Of a stretch of 64,000 nt of DNA, positions 1 to 7,899 are shown in pieces (the first letter of the stretch is position 1; each line of letters starts with the position of its first letter). This stretch comes from Faecalibacterium sp. CAG:1138 (GTDB lineage Bacteria > Bacillota > Clostridia > Christensenellales > CAG-917), in contig HF988637.1 in the NCBI GenBank assembly GCA_000434675.1, positions 106,141 through 170,140 on the forward strand, written 5' to 3'. A program made the position numbers and the translations under genes. The notes below the pieces were generated by a model that did no database searches, was not told where the DNA came from, and saw only the letters and a program-made list of their open reading frames with translations.

Positions 1-1
1 T

Positions 2-241
2 TTTGCTGTACGTTATAACAAAGTTGGGGCAATTTCTAATAGAGAATTGAAAAATATTTTCAATTCTTTTAATGAGGAAAACATTTCTTTCATAAAGAAA
101 AAATTGTTTGACAAATTAGATGTGTTTAAAGAGAAGTTGTTTCTTATTAACGAAGAAGAGTTAGGAAAAGAAATTATTAAGGAAAATATCGAAAAAGAAA
201 CAAATATAATTTGTTCCGTTTTGCAATTCTTTGGTGATTAA
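2..241 (+). CDS. 3' end of a gene truncated by the window edge (unknown function; Lys/Glu-rich helical tail)
   Basis: The reading frame of the 47..241 ORF stays open back to nt 2 with no stop. The TTG at 47 is therefore probably internal. Stop TAA 239-241 lies 1 nt before ATG 243 of the next gene, an operon-like junction. Confidence 0.4.
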   Translation, partial: FAVRYNKVGAISNRELKNIFNSFNEENISFIKKKLFDKLDVFKEKLFLINEEELGKEIIKENIEKETNIICSVLQFFGD

Positions 242-242
242 A

Positions 243-1712
243 ATGGATATAAAAATTGGGAAATTTACTTTAGAAACCTTGACTACCGGTATGTATGATA
301 GACCCAAAGATATATACCGAGAATATATTCAAAACGCGGTTGACTCTATAGATAATGCAATAGCTGAAGGTATATTACAACCGGGGAAAGATTGTATAGA
401 AATAAAAATAGATCGTTTAAATGGATGCATTACAATAATCGACAATGGAACAGGTGTTAGCTTATTAAAGGCACAAGACTATCTCCTTAACATAGGTGAT
501 TCCGTTAAGTTTAATACTAGTAATCGTGGCTTTCGAGGAATAGGTAGACTTGCGGGATTAGCGTATTGCGATGAGTTGATTTTTACAACAAGTTATTACG
601 GTGAAGAAACTAAGACGACCATTATATTTAATGCACATGAACTTAGAAAGAGTTTATACGCAATTGAGGACAATGGTTCGCTTGAAGAAGTTTTTACAAG
701 AGTAGTCTCTATTTCAAATGAACACGAAACCAAAAGCAAACACTATTTTTCAGTGACTTTGAGTGGGGTTTCTAACTCTGATGAAATATTAGATGATGTT
801 GAAGTTTATAAATATTTATCTCAAGTCGCACCAGCGCCATTTTCTCCTACTTTTAAGTGGAAAGATATCATTAATTCTAAACTTCTTTATAGGGGCTTAA
901 AAGTTAGCGAATACAATATTTTTATAGAGTCAGAAGAAAAGATTCAATTATATAAAAATTATAGTGATAGTTTTTTAGCTGATAGAGTGAGAAAATCTGA
1001 AGATAAAATTGAGGATATAGAAGAAAGAATCTTTAAAGATGACAATGATGAAATTTTGGCAATCTTATGGTTTGCTAAAACGGGTTATTCTGGTACTGTT
1101 CAAAATGATGCAGTAAAAGGTATAAGACTTAGGAAAGGAAATATCCAATTAGGAGAAAGATCGGTGTTAAATTCTTTCTTTAAAGATGAAAGATTTAATG
1201 GCTGGTTGATAGGAGAATTACATATTATTTCTCCAAATCTTATCCCTAATGCTCGTAGAGATAATTTGGAGAAAACGAATTCTTATTATAACCTTCAAGG
1301 ACAGTTGAGAGTATGGGCAGACGAGATTTCTGCAACTATTAGGAAAATATCCATTTCCAGAAATTCTGATAAAACAAATAAGAAATTAGAGAAAACGATT
1401 GAAGAAACACCTATTTCAGATATCACTATCGCAGACGTTGAAACCCTTCCTGAAATTATTATTAACGATAAACAAGAATATGACGACGTCGCTCACGCCG
1501 AGTTAATTAATCAATTGGATATCTTGATAAATAAAAAGCACGCTTGTACGAAATACAACGCATTAAATCTCCAAACCGGAATAACAATTGACGAAAAGAA
1601 GATTTTAGAGACGGTGCTTGATATTATACGGGAGAAATATCCAGATAAGGCAGACGGATTAATTTCGACGATTATAAAAGAATATAAATCAAAAGATTTA
1701 TCTAAGAGATGA
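243..1712 (+). CDS. GHKL-superfamily (HSP90/MORC/HATPase_c_3-like) ATPase
   Basis: Bergerat-fold motifs occur in order: N-box 'REYIQNAVDS', G1 'IIDNGTGV', G2 'GFRGIGRLAG'. RBS GGTGAT lies 4 nt upstream of ATG 243. The C-terminal ~300 aa carry no motif I recognise. Confidence 0.7.
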   Translation: MDIKIGKFTLETLTTGMYDRPKDIYREYIQNAVDSIDNAIAEGILQPGKDCIEIKIDRLNGCITIIDNGTGVSLLKAQDYLLNIGDSVKFNTSNRGFRGIGRLAGLAYCDELIFTTSYYGEETKTTIIFNAHELRKSLYAIEDNGSLEEVFTRVVSISNEHETKSKHYFSVTLSGVSNSDEILDDVEVYKYLSQVAPAPFSPTFKWKDIINSKLLYRGLKVSEYNIFIESEEKIQLYKNYSDSFLADRVRKSEDKIEDIEERIFKDDNDEILAILWFAKTGYSGTVQNDAVKGIRLRKGNIQLGERSVLNSFFKDERFNGWLIGELHIISPNLIPNARRDNLEKTNSYYNLQGQLRVWADEISATIRKISISRNSDKTNKKLEKTIEETPISDITIADVETLPEIIINDKQEYDDVAHAELINQLDILINKKHACTKYNALNLQTGITIDEKKILETVLDIIREKYPDKADGLISTIIKEYKSKDLSKR

Positions 1713-1718
1713 AATTTG

Positions 1719-1747
1719 TTGATTTTAACAAAACAAAATAGTATAAT
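1719..1747 (+). promoter_or_regulatory. sigma-70-type promoter for the riboswitch-controlled operon
   Basis: TTGATT (1719-1724), a 17-nt spacer, then TATAAT (1742-1747), immediately after the GHKL stop codon. Confidence 0.5.
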
Positions 1748-1769
1748 ATAACAAATATATATTTGACGC

Positions 1770-1955
1770 GAGTTGCAAGTAATTGCAGAAAGTAGGGGAA
1801 GAACGGTGAAAACCCGTCGCAACAGTCATTACGGTTATAGTCCGATTGCCTACCCGTTAAAGTAAGAATGTAAATTTTCTTGGGCAGTGAAGAAAAAGCA
1901 TTAAAGTCGAAAGACTATTTTTTGCGTGCTCGAAGAGTACGCAATTTTTATTTTA
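1770..1955 (+). promoter_or_regulatory. Cobalamin (B12) riboswitch, compact class-II/AdoCbl-variant-like aptamer plus terminator-type expression platform
   Basis: Aptamer core is 'GUAGGGGAAGAACGGUGAAAACCCGUCGCAACAGUCAUUACGGUUAUAGUCCGAUUGCCUAC' (1792-1853), closed by GUAGG/CCUAC. It contains the conserved GGGAA..GGUGAAAA..CC element and a B12-box-like 'AGUCCGAUUGCC'. An 8-bp hairpin GCGUGCUC-GAA-GAGUACGC (1924-1942) is followed by a U-rich tract just before the RBS AGGAGG. Confidence 0.7.
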
Positions 1956-1964
1956 GGAGGTTTT

Positions 1965-2396
1965 ATGAAAAAAGTTTTTAGTTTATTTGTTGGCGTATTA
2001 GTAATTGTGGTAGGATTGTTTTCTTTCGTAGGTTGTTCTCCCAAAGAGCCGTTAGTAATAAAAGAATCTGACACTTATATTGTAATAAACGTTTCTAATG
2101 AGCAAATGGACATTACAGATACTACGACTTTGGTTGATTATATGAATTCATTGAAGGACGATGGACAATTGACTTTTGAGATTAATAACGGAATGGTTAG
2201 TTCTGTAAATGGAATTGACAATCCAGCTGATTGGTCTAGTTGTTGGATGCTTTATACAAGCGATAGCGATAGTTCAAATACCGCATGGGGAACTATTGAG
2301 TACAATGGCAATGTTTATGGGTCTGCGGTGCTTGGTGCGGAATCTTTAATTATTAAAGATGGTTGTATGTATATTTGGGTTTTCCAATCTTTTTAG
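1965..2396 (+). CDS. Secreted lipoprotein with transcobalamin-like (DUF4430-type) C-terminal domain; putative B12-binding protein
   Basis: Signal peptide with lipobox 'SFVGC'. The C-terminus '..WMLY..G..YGSAVLGAESLIIKDGCMYIWVFQSF' fits the W-x-Y...G...DGD-x-I/Y-x-W pattern of DUF4430. It lies directly downstream of the B12 riboswitch. RBS AGGAGG precedes ATG 1965; the track start at 1926 is probably too far upstream. Confidence 0.55.
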   Translation: MKKVFSLFVGVLVIVVGLFSFVGCSPKEPLVIKESDTYIVINVSNEQMDITDTTTLVDYMNSLKDDGQLTFEINNGMVSSVNGIDNPADWSSCWMLYTSDSDSSNTAWGTIEYNGNVYGSAVLGAESLIIKDGCMYIWVFQSF

Positions 2397-2400
2397 TTAA

Positions 2401-2915
2401 ATGAATTCAGCAAAGAAAATAATATTGCCGGGAGTATTTACTGCATTACTTATCGGCGGACAATTAGCATTAAGTGGAATATCGGGTATAGAAGTTGTTA
2501 CGGTGCTTTTGTTGACGTTTGTTTACAAATATGGTATAGGGCAGGGGCTATTAGTTGCTAATTCTTTTTCATTACTTAGGTGTTTTATTTTTGGCTTTAT
2601 ACCAAACGTCATAGTATTATATTTAATTTATTATATTATAATATCTTTGTCCTTGTGTTTGGTTTTCTGGGAAAAGTATTTAGACACGAATATAGTATAA
2701 AAAAGCATATAATGGTGATTGTTGTCGCTGTTGTGATGACGGTTTTGTTTACTATAACAGATAACGTATTAACACCGTTAATATATGGTTTTACAGCGAA
2801 TACGGCTAAAGCATACTTCGTTGCTTCTTTATATACTGTAATCCCTCAAATTGTTTGTACATTTGCAACAGTATTAATAATCTTTCCGGGTTTGTTAAGA
2901 TTGTTAAAAGAATAA
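2401..2915 (+). pseudogene. Small polytopic membrane protein (ECF-transporter S-component-like, possibly CbrT-type) split by a 1-nt frameshift
   Basis: ORFs 2401..2700 and 2580..2915 are both all-TM and overlap. The hydrophobic reading continues across a frame change in the AT-rich stretch ~2630-2650. The combined length of ~170 aa with 5-6 TM segments is typical of S components. It is co-operonic with the riboswitch and lipoprotein. Confidence 0.4.
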
Positions 2916-3231
2916 ATGGCTAGGATTAAGGGTCTTAATTTTTTATTATTAAATTAATTTTTAACTAAACTAGCATAAAACCCTTGGTTAATGAAGTGTT
3001 CTGTGTTAAAACGGTTAAAATGACTAAATTGCGTTAAAGGCGTTAATATTTATTCGTAAATTACGTAATGTTGGTATAAGTTGATGTAAAATTTTTTACA
3101 AAGCGGTCAGATGTACCTAAACTTGGACATTTGACCGTTGCTATTTTTAGCGAAATTTTATATAATATATGACGTAAGTTGTCATATTTACTATGATATA
3201 ATAAGAGCAGACATTAGAAGGACTAGGAAAA

Positions 3232-5778
3232 ATGAAACAAGGGTATAGAATTATTTCAATTGAAGCGGCGGATATTTATCGTCACGAACAAGAAAACGGC
3301 GTTAGCGTTGGGTATAAAATGCCCGAAAGCAAAAGCGACGCATATTTTAAGTTGTTCAAAATCTATTTGGACAACTCGCTTGATTTGGTAGAACTTGAAA
3401 AGGCGTATACGCGCATTTGCCGTAAAAAGTTTTCTTTTCAAGATAAGAGCGAAAACGAATATACCCTTGCCGTAATAAATTTAAAGTTTAACTATACGTA
3501 CAAGCACCAAGATGGAAAGCCTATAAAAATAAAAGACTTGCGTGCGCATTTTTACGAAAATGGTTTTTATTTAGACGGCGTTCACTACGTAAGATATAAG
3601 CGTAGCGCGGGCAGTTCGCGTGAGGGTAAGTGCCTTTTTATAGACGAGCGTTTATATAAGGCAATGGATAAATGGAGTAGTTGTGGTTTGAAAGCGCAAA
3701 CTGACCTTGCTTCGTGGGAATCGTATAAGGCGTTATCCTTAAGTAGTATCAAATCAAATGTCAATATTCCGCTTGATGGAATACTTTTTGTTCCCGATTA
3801 TAAAAGCACGTTTACGGAAGAAGTAATATCAGTAGAACTTAAGGATGGCAAACTTGTAGCTGAACAAAAGCAAACGGAAATCACAAACGATATTTGGGAC
3901 GGCGAAAGCCTTTTGGACGAGAGTGTGTTTGAAAGCGGATATGCGGACAGACATATGTTACTGCTTCGTAACAAGTTCTTTAAGTCTTGTGCGTTCAGAA
4001 CGAAACTCCAAAAGTGGATAAAAGATAAAAATATTACACTTGACGACATAAAGAAAAGGGGATTTACGCTTGCAACAGACGTAAGCCAAATCGTAATGGT
4101 AACTACGCCTAACAGTTTGAAATACCTTAAATTTGCAGGTGGTCTTTCCGAGAAGAATATTCGCAAGTGGATAGAAAACGTAGATAATACTTTCGGCGTG
4201 GTGAAATGGGATAAAGACACGAGATTTTTTCACGGCGATATGGTGCAAAGCAGTTATCAACTTCTCAATACATTGGGCTTTGATAAAGCACAAGCGGAAG
4301 AATTATTAAAGCCGAGCTTTGATTATATTTCCCTTGTCCGTAACGACGTAGAATTTATGCGCTATCACTTTACCGATGCGTACGTAAGGGAGAAAGAAGA
4401 AAAAGAAAAGAAAGTTCCCGACGGACTTGCCGAGCGCGCCGACGTTATTTTTAGATTACTGTTTAGTTGTCCGTATTTTAACTGTACGGCTTTGTATGCT
4501 AATTTTAGAGATGACGTAGTAAGTGGACTTAAAAGTAATTTGCGCCGTGGACATGTTTTACTTAACGGAACGAACGCAACGTTGTTCGGTAATGGTCCTG
4601 AACTATTGAAATACATAGCAGGCGAAAGGGTAACAAGTGAATTAAAGAAAGGGCAAATATACTCTAAACGTTTTGCAAATGGCGCAAAACTTCTTTGCGT
4701 GCGCTCACCGCATATTACGATGGGCAATCTTTACTGCGTGGAAAATAATCTTAACGGCGATATTTGGAATTACTTTGATTTGGGTAAAAATATTGTGTGC
4801 GTAAACGCTATTGGAGAGAATATTCAACAGCGCCTAAACGGTTGTGATTACGACTCAGACGCTATGCTCATAACCGATGATAAGTTATTAGTAGAAGCAG
4901 CCGAGAAGCATAAAGAGAATTTCAAAGTGCCTGTTTGTAGTATTCCGTCTATGAGTAAAAACGGTCAAACCCTTGCCGAGCTTGACCACGATACGAGCGA
5001 AAATAAAATAGGTGAGATAGTAAACCTTTCGCAAAAGTTAAACAGTATTATATGGAACGAAATCCATCACGGCGCGCCCATAGAGAAAATCTTGGATATT
5101 TATAACGACGTTTGCAAACTTGCCGTTTTATCGGGATTGGAAATAGATAAGGCAAAGCGCGCTTACGACAACGTGAACGTCGGGAAAGAGCTTTCCGCCT
5201 TGCGTAAAAAGTATAATCGTCCTGCTCCTATTTTCTTTAAGGAGATAGACGAAAAAGGAAAAGAAAACGAGTACGCTTTTTACGATACTGCGATGGATTA
5301 TATTTATCAAGCCGTTAAAAAATTCAACTTCGTAAAATGCAAAAGGAAAAGAGTTAATTATATGCCTATCTCTTGGGTTGTGGGAGAAAATACAACTTCT
5401 GACAATGCTACCGATTATAGGCATAGAGATAAAATCATTGAAATTTGTGAAGAGTACAGAAAGAAAATTGACCGTTTGTATATGGAACTTCGTGTAGTGG
5501 ATAACCAAGAAAAAGAAGTTCTTTACGAAAGGATAGAAGAAGAAAAAGCCGAAAGAGATAAGCAAGTTTCCAAATGGCTAACGAGTAGAAACATTCTTAT
5601 ATTCGTGGCTCGTCATTATGAAAAGAATCGTCCGTCCGATTGGCGGATTTACGCGCCGATAGTTAATTCTCATCACTTTAAGGATTTTATGCTTAAAGGC
5701 GGTTCTCCCATAGGTTTCGTTGAAGAAAATGAAAATGGAAGTATTGTTGTATATGGCAAGAAATTCGCAAGAAAATGA
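3232..5778 (+). CDS. Putative single-subunit two-barrel RNA polymerase (YonO / eukaryotic-RdRP-like)
   Basis: 848 aa. 'LLCVRSPHITMGNLYCV' is followed ~40 aa later by 'LNGCDYDSDAMLITDD'. This is the h-R-x-P-x-h-x-x-G-[DN] strand plus the D-b-D-x-D metal loop of DPBB polymerases (beta' NADFDGD; RdRP DbDGD). The size matches the SPbeta YonO class. RBS GGACTAGGAAAA precedes ATG 3232. Confidence 0.5.
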   Translation: MKQGYRIISIEAADIYRHEQENGVSVGYKMPESKSDAYFKLFKIYLDNSLDLVELEKAYTRICRKKFSFQDKSENEYTLAVINLKFNYTYKHQDGKPIKIKDLRAHFYENGFYLDGVHYVRYKRSAGSSREGKCLFIDERLYKAMDKWSSCGLKAQTDLASWESYKALSLSSIKSNVNIPLDGILFVPDYKSTFTEEVISVELKDGKLVAEQKQTEITNDIWDGESLLDESVFESGYADRHMLLLRNKFFKSCAFRTKLQKWIKDKNITLDDIKKRGFTLATDVSQIVMVTTPNSLKYLKFAGGLSEKNIRKWIENVDNTFGVVKWDKDTRFFHGDMVQSSYQLLNTLGFDKAQAEELLKPSFDYISLVRNDVEFMRYHFTDAYVREKEEKEKKVPDGLAERADVIFRLLFSCPYFNCTALYANFRDDVVSGLKSNLRRGHVLLNGTNATLFGNGPELLKYIAGERVTSELKKGQIYSKRFANGAKLLCVRSPHITMGNLYCVENNLNGDIWNYFDLGKNIVCVNAIGENIQQRLNGCDYDSDAMLITDDKLLVEAAEKHKENFKVPVCSIPSMSKNGQTLAELDHDTSENKIGEIVNLSQKLNSIIWNEIHHGAPIEKILDIYNDVCKLAVLSGLEIDKAKRAYDNVNVGKELSALRKKYNRPAPIFFKEIDEKGKENEYAFYDTAMDYIYQAVKKFNFVKCKRKRVNYMPISWVVGENTTSDNATDYRHRDKIIEICEEYRKKIDRLYMELRVVDNQEKEVLYERIEEEKAERDKQVSKWLTSRNILIFVARHYEKNRPSDWRIYAPIVNSHHFKDFMLKGGSPIGFVEENENGSIVVYGKKFARK

Positions 5779-5927
5779 TAAAAAATGAAAGAGCTTGTCT
5801 TGAAAAGCGGATATAAAGAGAACAAAAATTAGCGGTTTTCCTTTCATAGAAAGGAAAAGGCTTGCCAAAAATTAAAAATGAGTAATCGGCGTAATAGAAC
5901 CCGTTTTTCAAAAGCGTGGAAATTAAG

Positions 5928-5957
5928 GCTCGACAGTGATAAACTGTCGGGCTTTTT
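5928..5957 (+). terminator. Rho-independent terminator after the polymerase-like gene
   Basis: GCTCGACAGT-gataa-ACTGTCGGGC followed by TTTTT. Confidence 0.65.
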
Positions 5958-6040
5958 CTAGGTCCAAAAGACAACTTAATATGGGGGGAATAGGTTGTTG
6001 TTGACGCTATAGCGAGGAACGTATTTGTCTTGCCAAATAC

Positions 6041-6078
6041 CGATTTTTCAAATCGCCTCGTTAGGGGACAACCCCTAA
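6041..6078 (+). promoter_or_regulatory. Candidate oriT region (two adjacent short inverted repeats upstream of mobC)
   Basis: CGATTT-ttc-AAATCG (6041-6055) and TTAGGGG-acaa-CCCCTAA (6061-6078) lie immediately 5' of the mobC/relaxase pair. I could not identify a nic consensus. Confidence 0.25.
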
Positions 6079-6112
6079 TACCCCGAAAACAAATAATAAA
6101 AAAGGAGGGAAG

Positions 6113-6430
6113 ATTATAGGAAACAGAACAAGAAAATTTGCCTACAATTTTAGGGCAAGCGAACAAGAGAAAAATTTAATAGATAGCGCAATAGCAAAAA
6201 GCGGACTTACGATAACGGACTTTGTAATTCGGGCAATTATTGATAAGCCTATTACCGTGATAGAAAACGGCAACGAGATTTTAGCCGAACTAAAACGGCA
6301 AGGCAACAACCTAAACCAAGTCGTTAGAAACAGTTATAACGGCTTGGTTACGGAAGAAGAAATAAAGGCGTGCATCAAAAGTCTGAAAGAACTATACCGC
6401 AAAATATCTATTGCAATCGGAGGTGGATAA
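6113..6430 (+). CDS. mobC: MobC-family relaxosome accessory protein (ORF absent from the supplied track; non-canonical start)
   Basis: The frame is open from 6065 and has no ATG/GTG/TTG. A strong RBS AAAGGAGGG (6101-6109) precedes ATT 6113 / ATA 6116. Translation '..RTRKFAYNFRASEQEKNLIDSAIAKSGLTITDFVIRAII....LAELKRQGNNLNQVVRNSYNG..' carries the MobC signature G-x-N-L-N-Q. Stop TAA 6428-6430 overlaps ATG 6430 of the relaxase (TAATG). Confidence 0.6.
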   Translation: MIGNRTRKFAYNFRASEQEKNLIDSAIAKSGLTITDFVIRAIIDKPITVIENGNEILAELKRQGNNLNQVVRNSYNGLVTEEEIKACIKSLKELYRKISIAIGGG

Positions 6431-7575
6431 TGCCACTTTTTAAGTGTAGTGCAAGCAAAGCAAAACCGAAAAACGGTATCGCGTATATCACCGACGAAAA
6501 GAAAGCAAAGATAGTGTCGGTTAGAAATCTTTTTGAAGACGAGGACTACGCACAGCAGTTTGACGAAACGGCAAGTCGGTTCGGCAAGGGGGATAAGTTT
6601 GAAGAGCGTAAATATTATCATTGTAAATTATCATGCGCACGTCAAGATAACGTTTCGCCTGAAAAGGCGCACGCTTACGCGGAAGAACTTACGGCAAAAT
6701 TATTTCAAAACTACGAGTGCGTAATCGCTACCCACACGGACACGCAAACGGTACATAGCCATATTATCGTAAACGCGGTGGACCCGATAACGGGTAAGAA
6801 ATTGCAGTTTAATAAACAAGACTACGTAAATATGAAAGACGAAGCGAATAGGATAGGGAAGAAATACGGGTTTAGCGAAACGGATTTTAGAAAGCGTGGT
6901 AAAAACAGCAGAACGGTAGTTGAGAAAAAGATAATGCTCAAAGGCGGTATTAGTTGGAAAGAAGAACTTAGAGAAGTAATTGCGGAAGCAACCAAAAACT
7001 CAACCACGCCTGACAACTTCAAGGATTATCTTGAAAAATGTTACGGCGTAAAAATCACAAGGGATGGAAAGGATTATTCTTACCTGCATCCCGACAAGCA
7101 AAAACCTATCCGAGGGGAAAAGCTCGGAACAAATTATACAAAAAAGGAGATTTTAAGGAAAATTGATGAACAAAATAACGGGCGAATATCCTCAGCCCAT
7201 AATCGAGGACCAACCGGTGGATATTTCAAGAAATCCGGCGATATTGGATTTACAAGAAGAAGCAAAAAGATTAACAGCAGAAGCGCGCGAGGCAATGTTT
7301 TTGCAAGCATTGGCGACATCGAGAGAGCAATGCAACGACTTGATTTTGACGCAAAATGTGCGAATCGCGGAACAGACGCAGCAAGTGAAGAACTTAGAAT
7401 GGAGCAACAAAAAGCTCGTGAACGAGCTGAGAGGAGACGTTTGGATGCTATCGAAAGAAGTCAAAGAGAGCAACAACCAATTGTCGAAGAGTCTCAACCA
7501 AACGCTGAGCAAGATATCGGAAACAGTAACGGACATCGAGCATCAAGTAAGTACAGCTACGGCAAAGGCGACTGA
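6430..7575 (+). CDS. Mobilisation relaxase (MobA/VirD2 relaxase family)
   Basis: N-terminal Tyr region 'NGIAYITDEKKA' and histidine-triad motif 'HTDTQTVHSHIIVNAV' (HxDx..HxH). The start is placed at ATG 6430, coupled to mobC. The track start at 6370 adds 20 unlikely residues. Confidence 0.8.
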   Translation: MPLFKCSASKAKPKNGIAYITDEKKAKIVSVRNLFEDEDYAQQFDETASRFGKGDKFEERKYYHCKLSCARQDNVSPEKAHAYAEELTAKLFQNYECVIATHTDTQTVHSHIIVNAVDPITGKKLQFNKQDYVNMKDEANRIGKKYGFSETDFRKRGKNSRTVVEKKIMLKGGISWKEELREVIAEATKNSTTPDNFKDYLEKCYGVKITRDGKDYSYLHPDKQKPIRGEKLGTNYTKKEILRKIDEQNNGRISSAHNRGPTGGYFKKSGDIGFTRRSKKINSRSARGNVFASIGDIERAMQRLDFDAKCANRGTDAASEELRMEQQKARERAERRRLDAIERSQREQQPIVEESQPNAEQDIGNSNGHRASSKYSYGKGD

Positions 7576-7810
7576 CGAAGCGGTAAGAGTGATGAAGCAA
7601 AGCATTACTAAAATGGCAGATAACGCCGTAATCGCTGTAAATGAAAGTGCCGGTAAGATGATGAGCGAGGTTAATAAAGCGAAGAAAGAAATTGAAAAAG
7701 CGAAAGACGGTATCCGTTTTGAAAGCGGTTTTAGAAAGTTTATGTTTTGGCTTTCACCCGTACTAGCGATTGCGCAAACCATTGCGCTTGCAATAGTGAT
7801 ATTTGGTTAA
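7166..7810 (+). CDS. Coiled-coil protein with C-terminal transmembrane anchor, nested out of frame in the relaxase 3' end
   Basis: It has its own RBS AAGGA (7155-7159) 6 nt before ATG 7166. It overlaps the relaxase by ~410 nt in another frame and is the only ORF covering 7576-7810. It ends in the TM segment 'FMFWLSPVLAIAQTIALAIVIFG'. Confidence 0.5.
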   Translation: MNKITGEYPQPIIEDQPVDISRNPAILDLQEEAKRLTAEAREAMFLQALATSREQCNDLILTQNVRIAEQTQQVKNLEWSNKKLVNELRGDVWMLSKEVKESNNQLSKSLNQTLSKISETVTDIEHQVSTATAKATDEAVRVMKQSITKMADNAVIAVNESAGKMMSEVNKAKKEIEKAKDGIRFESGFRKFMFWLSPVLAIAQTIALAIVIFG

Positions 7811-7840
7811 AAGAATTTTCTCAAAAGAATATAAAACAGC

Positions 7841-7869
7841 TTGACTATCTCGTGATATCACGGTATAAT
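7841..7869 (+). promoter_or_regulatory. Near-consensus sigma-70 promoter upstream of tnpV
   Basis: TTGACT (7841-7846), a 17-nt spacer, then TATAAT (7864-7869). Confidence 0.6.
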
Positions 7870-7899
7870 GTAGCTACAATAAATCTAAGGGAGGGTTTT

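Noticed and set aside
47-241. 64-aa stand-alone ORF at the window start
   Set aside because: The frame is open to nt 2, so this is more likely the C-terminus of a longer gene truncated by the window than an independent small gene.
1511-1822. 103-aa minus-strand ORF overlapping the GHKL 3' end and the riboswitch
   Set aside because: It overlaps a promoter plus a conserved riboswitch core on the opposite strand, and has no supporting signals.
5693-6166. 157-aa minus-strand ORF across the polymerase-gene 3' end and the oriT/mobC upstream region
   Set aside because: It crosses a plus-strand terminator and the mobC RBS, and has no RBS or motifs. The region is better explained as non-coding regulatory or oriT DNA.
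6370-6429. 20-codon N-terminal extension of the relaxase in the ORF track
   Set aside because: It overlaps the MobC coding frame. ATG 6430 is coupled to the mobC stop (TAATG), and the extension 'MHQKSERTIPQNIYCNRRWI' is not relaxase-like.
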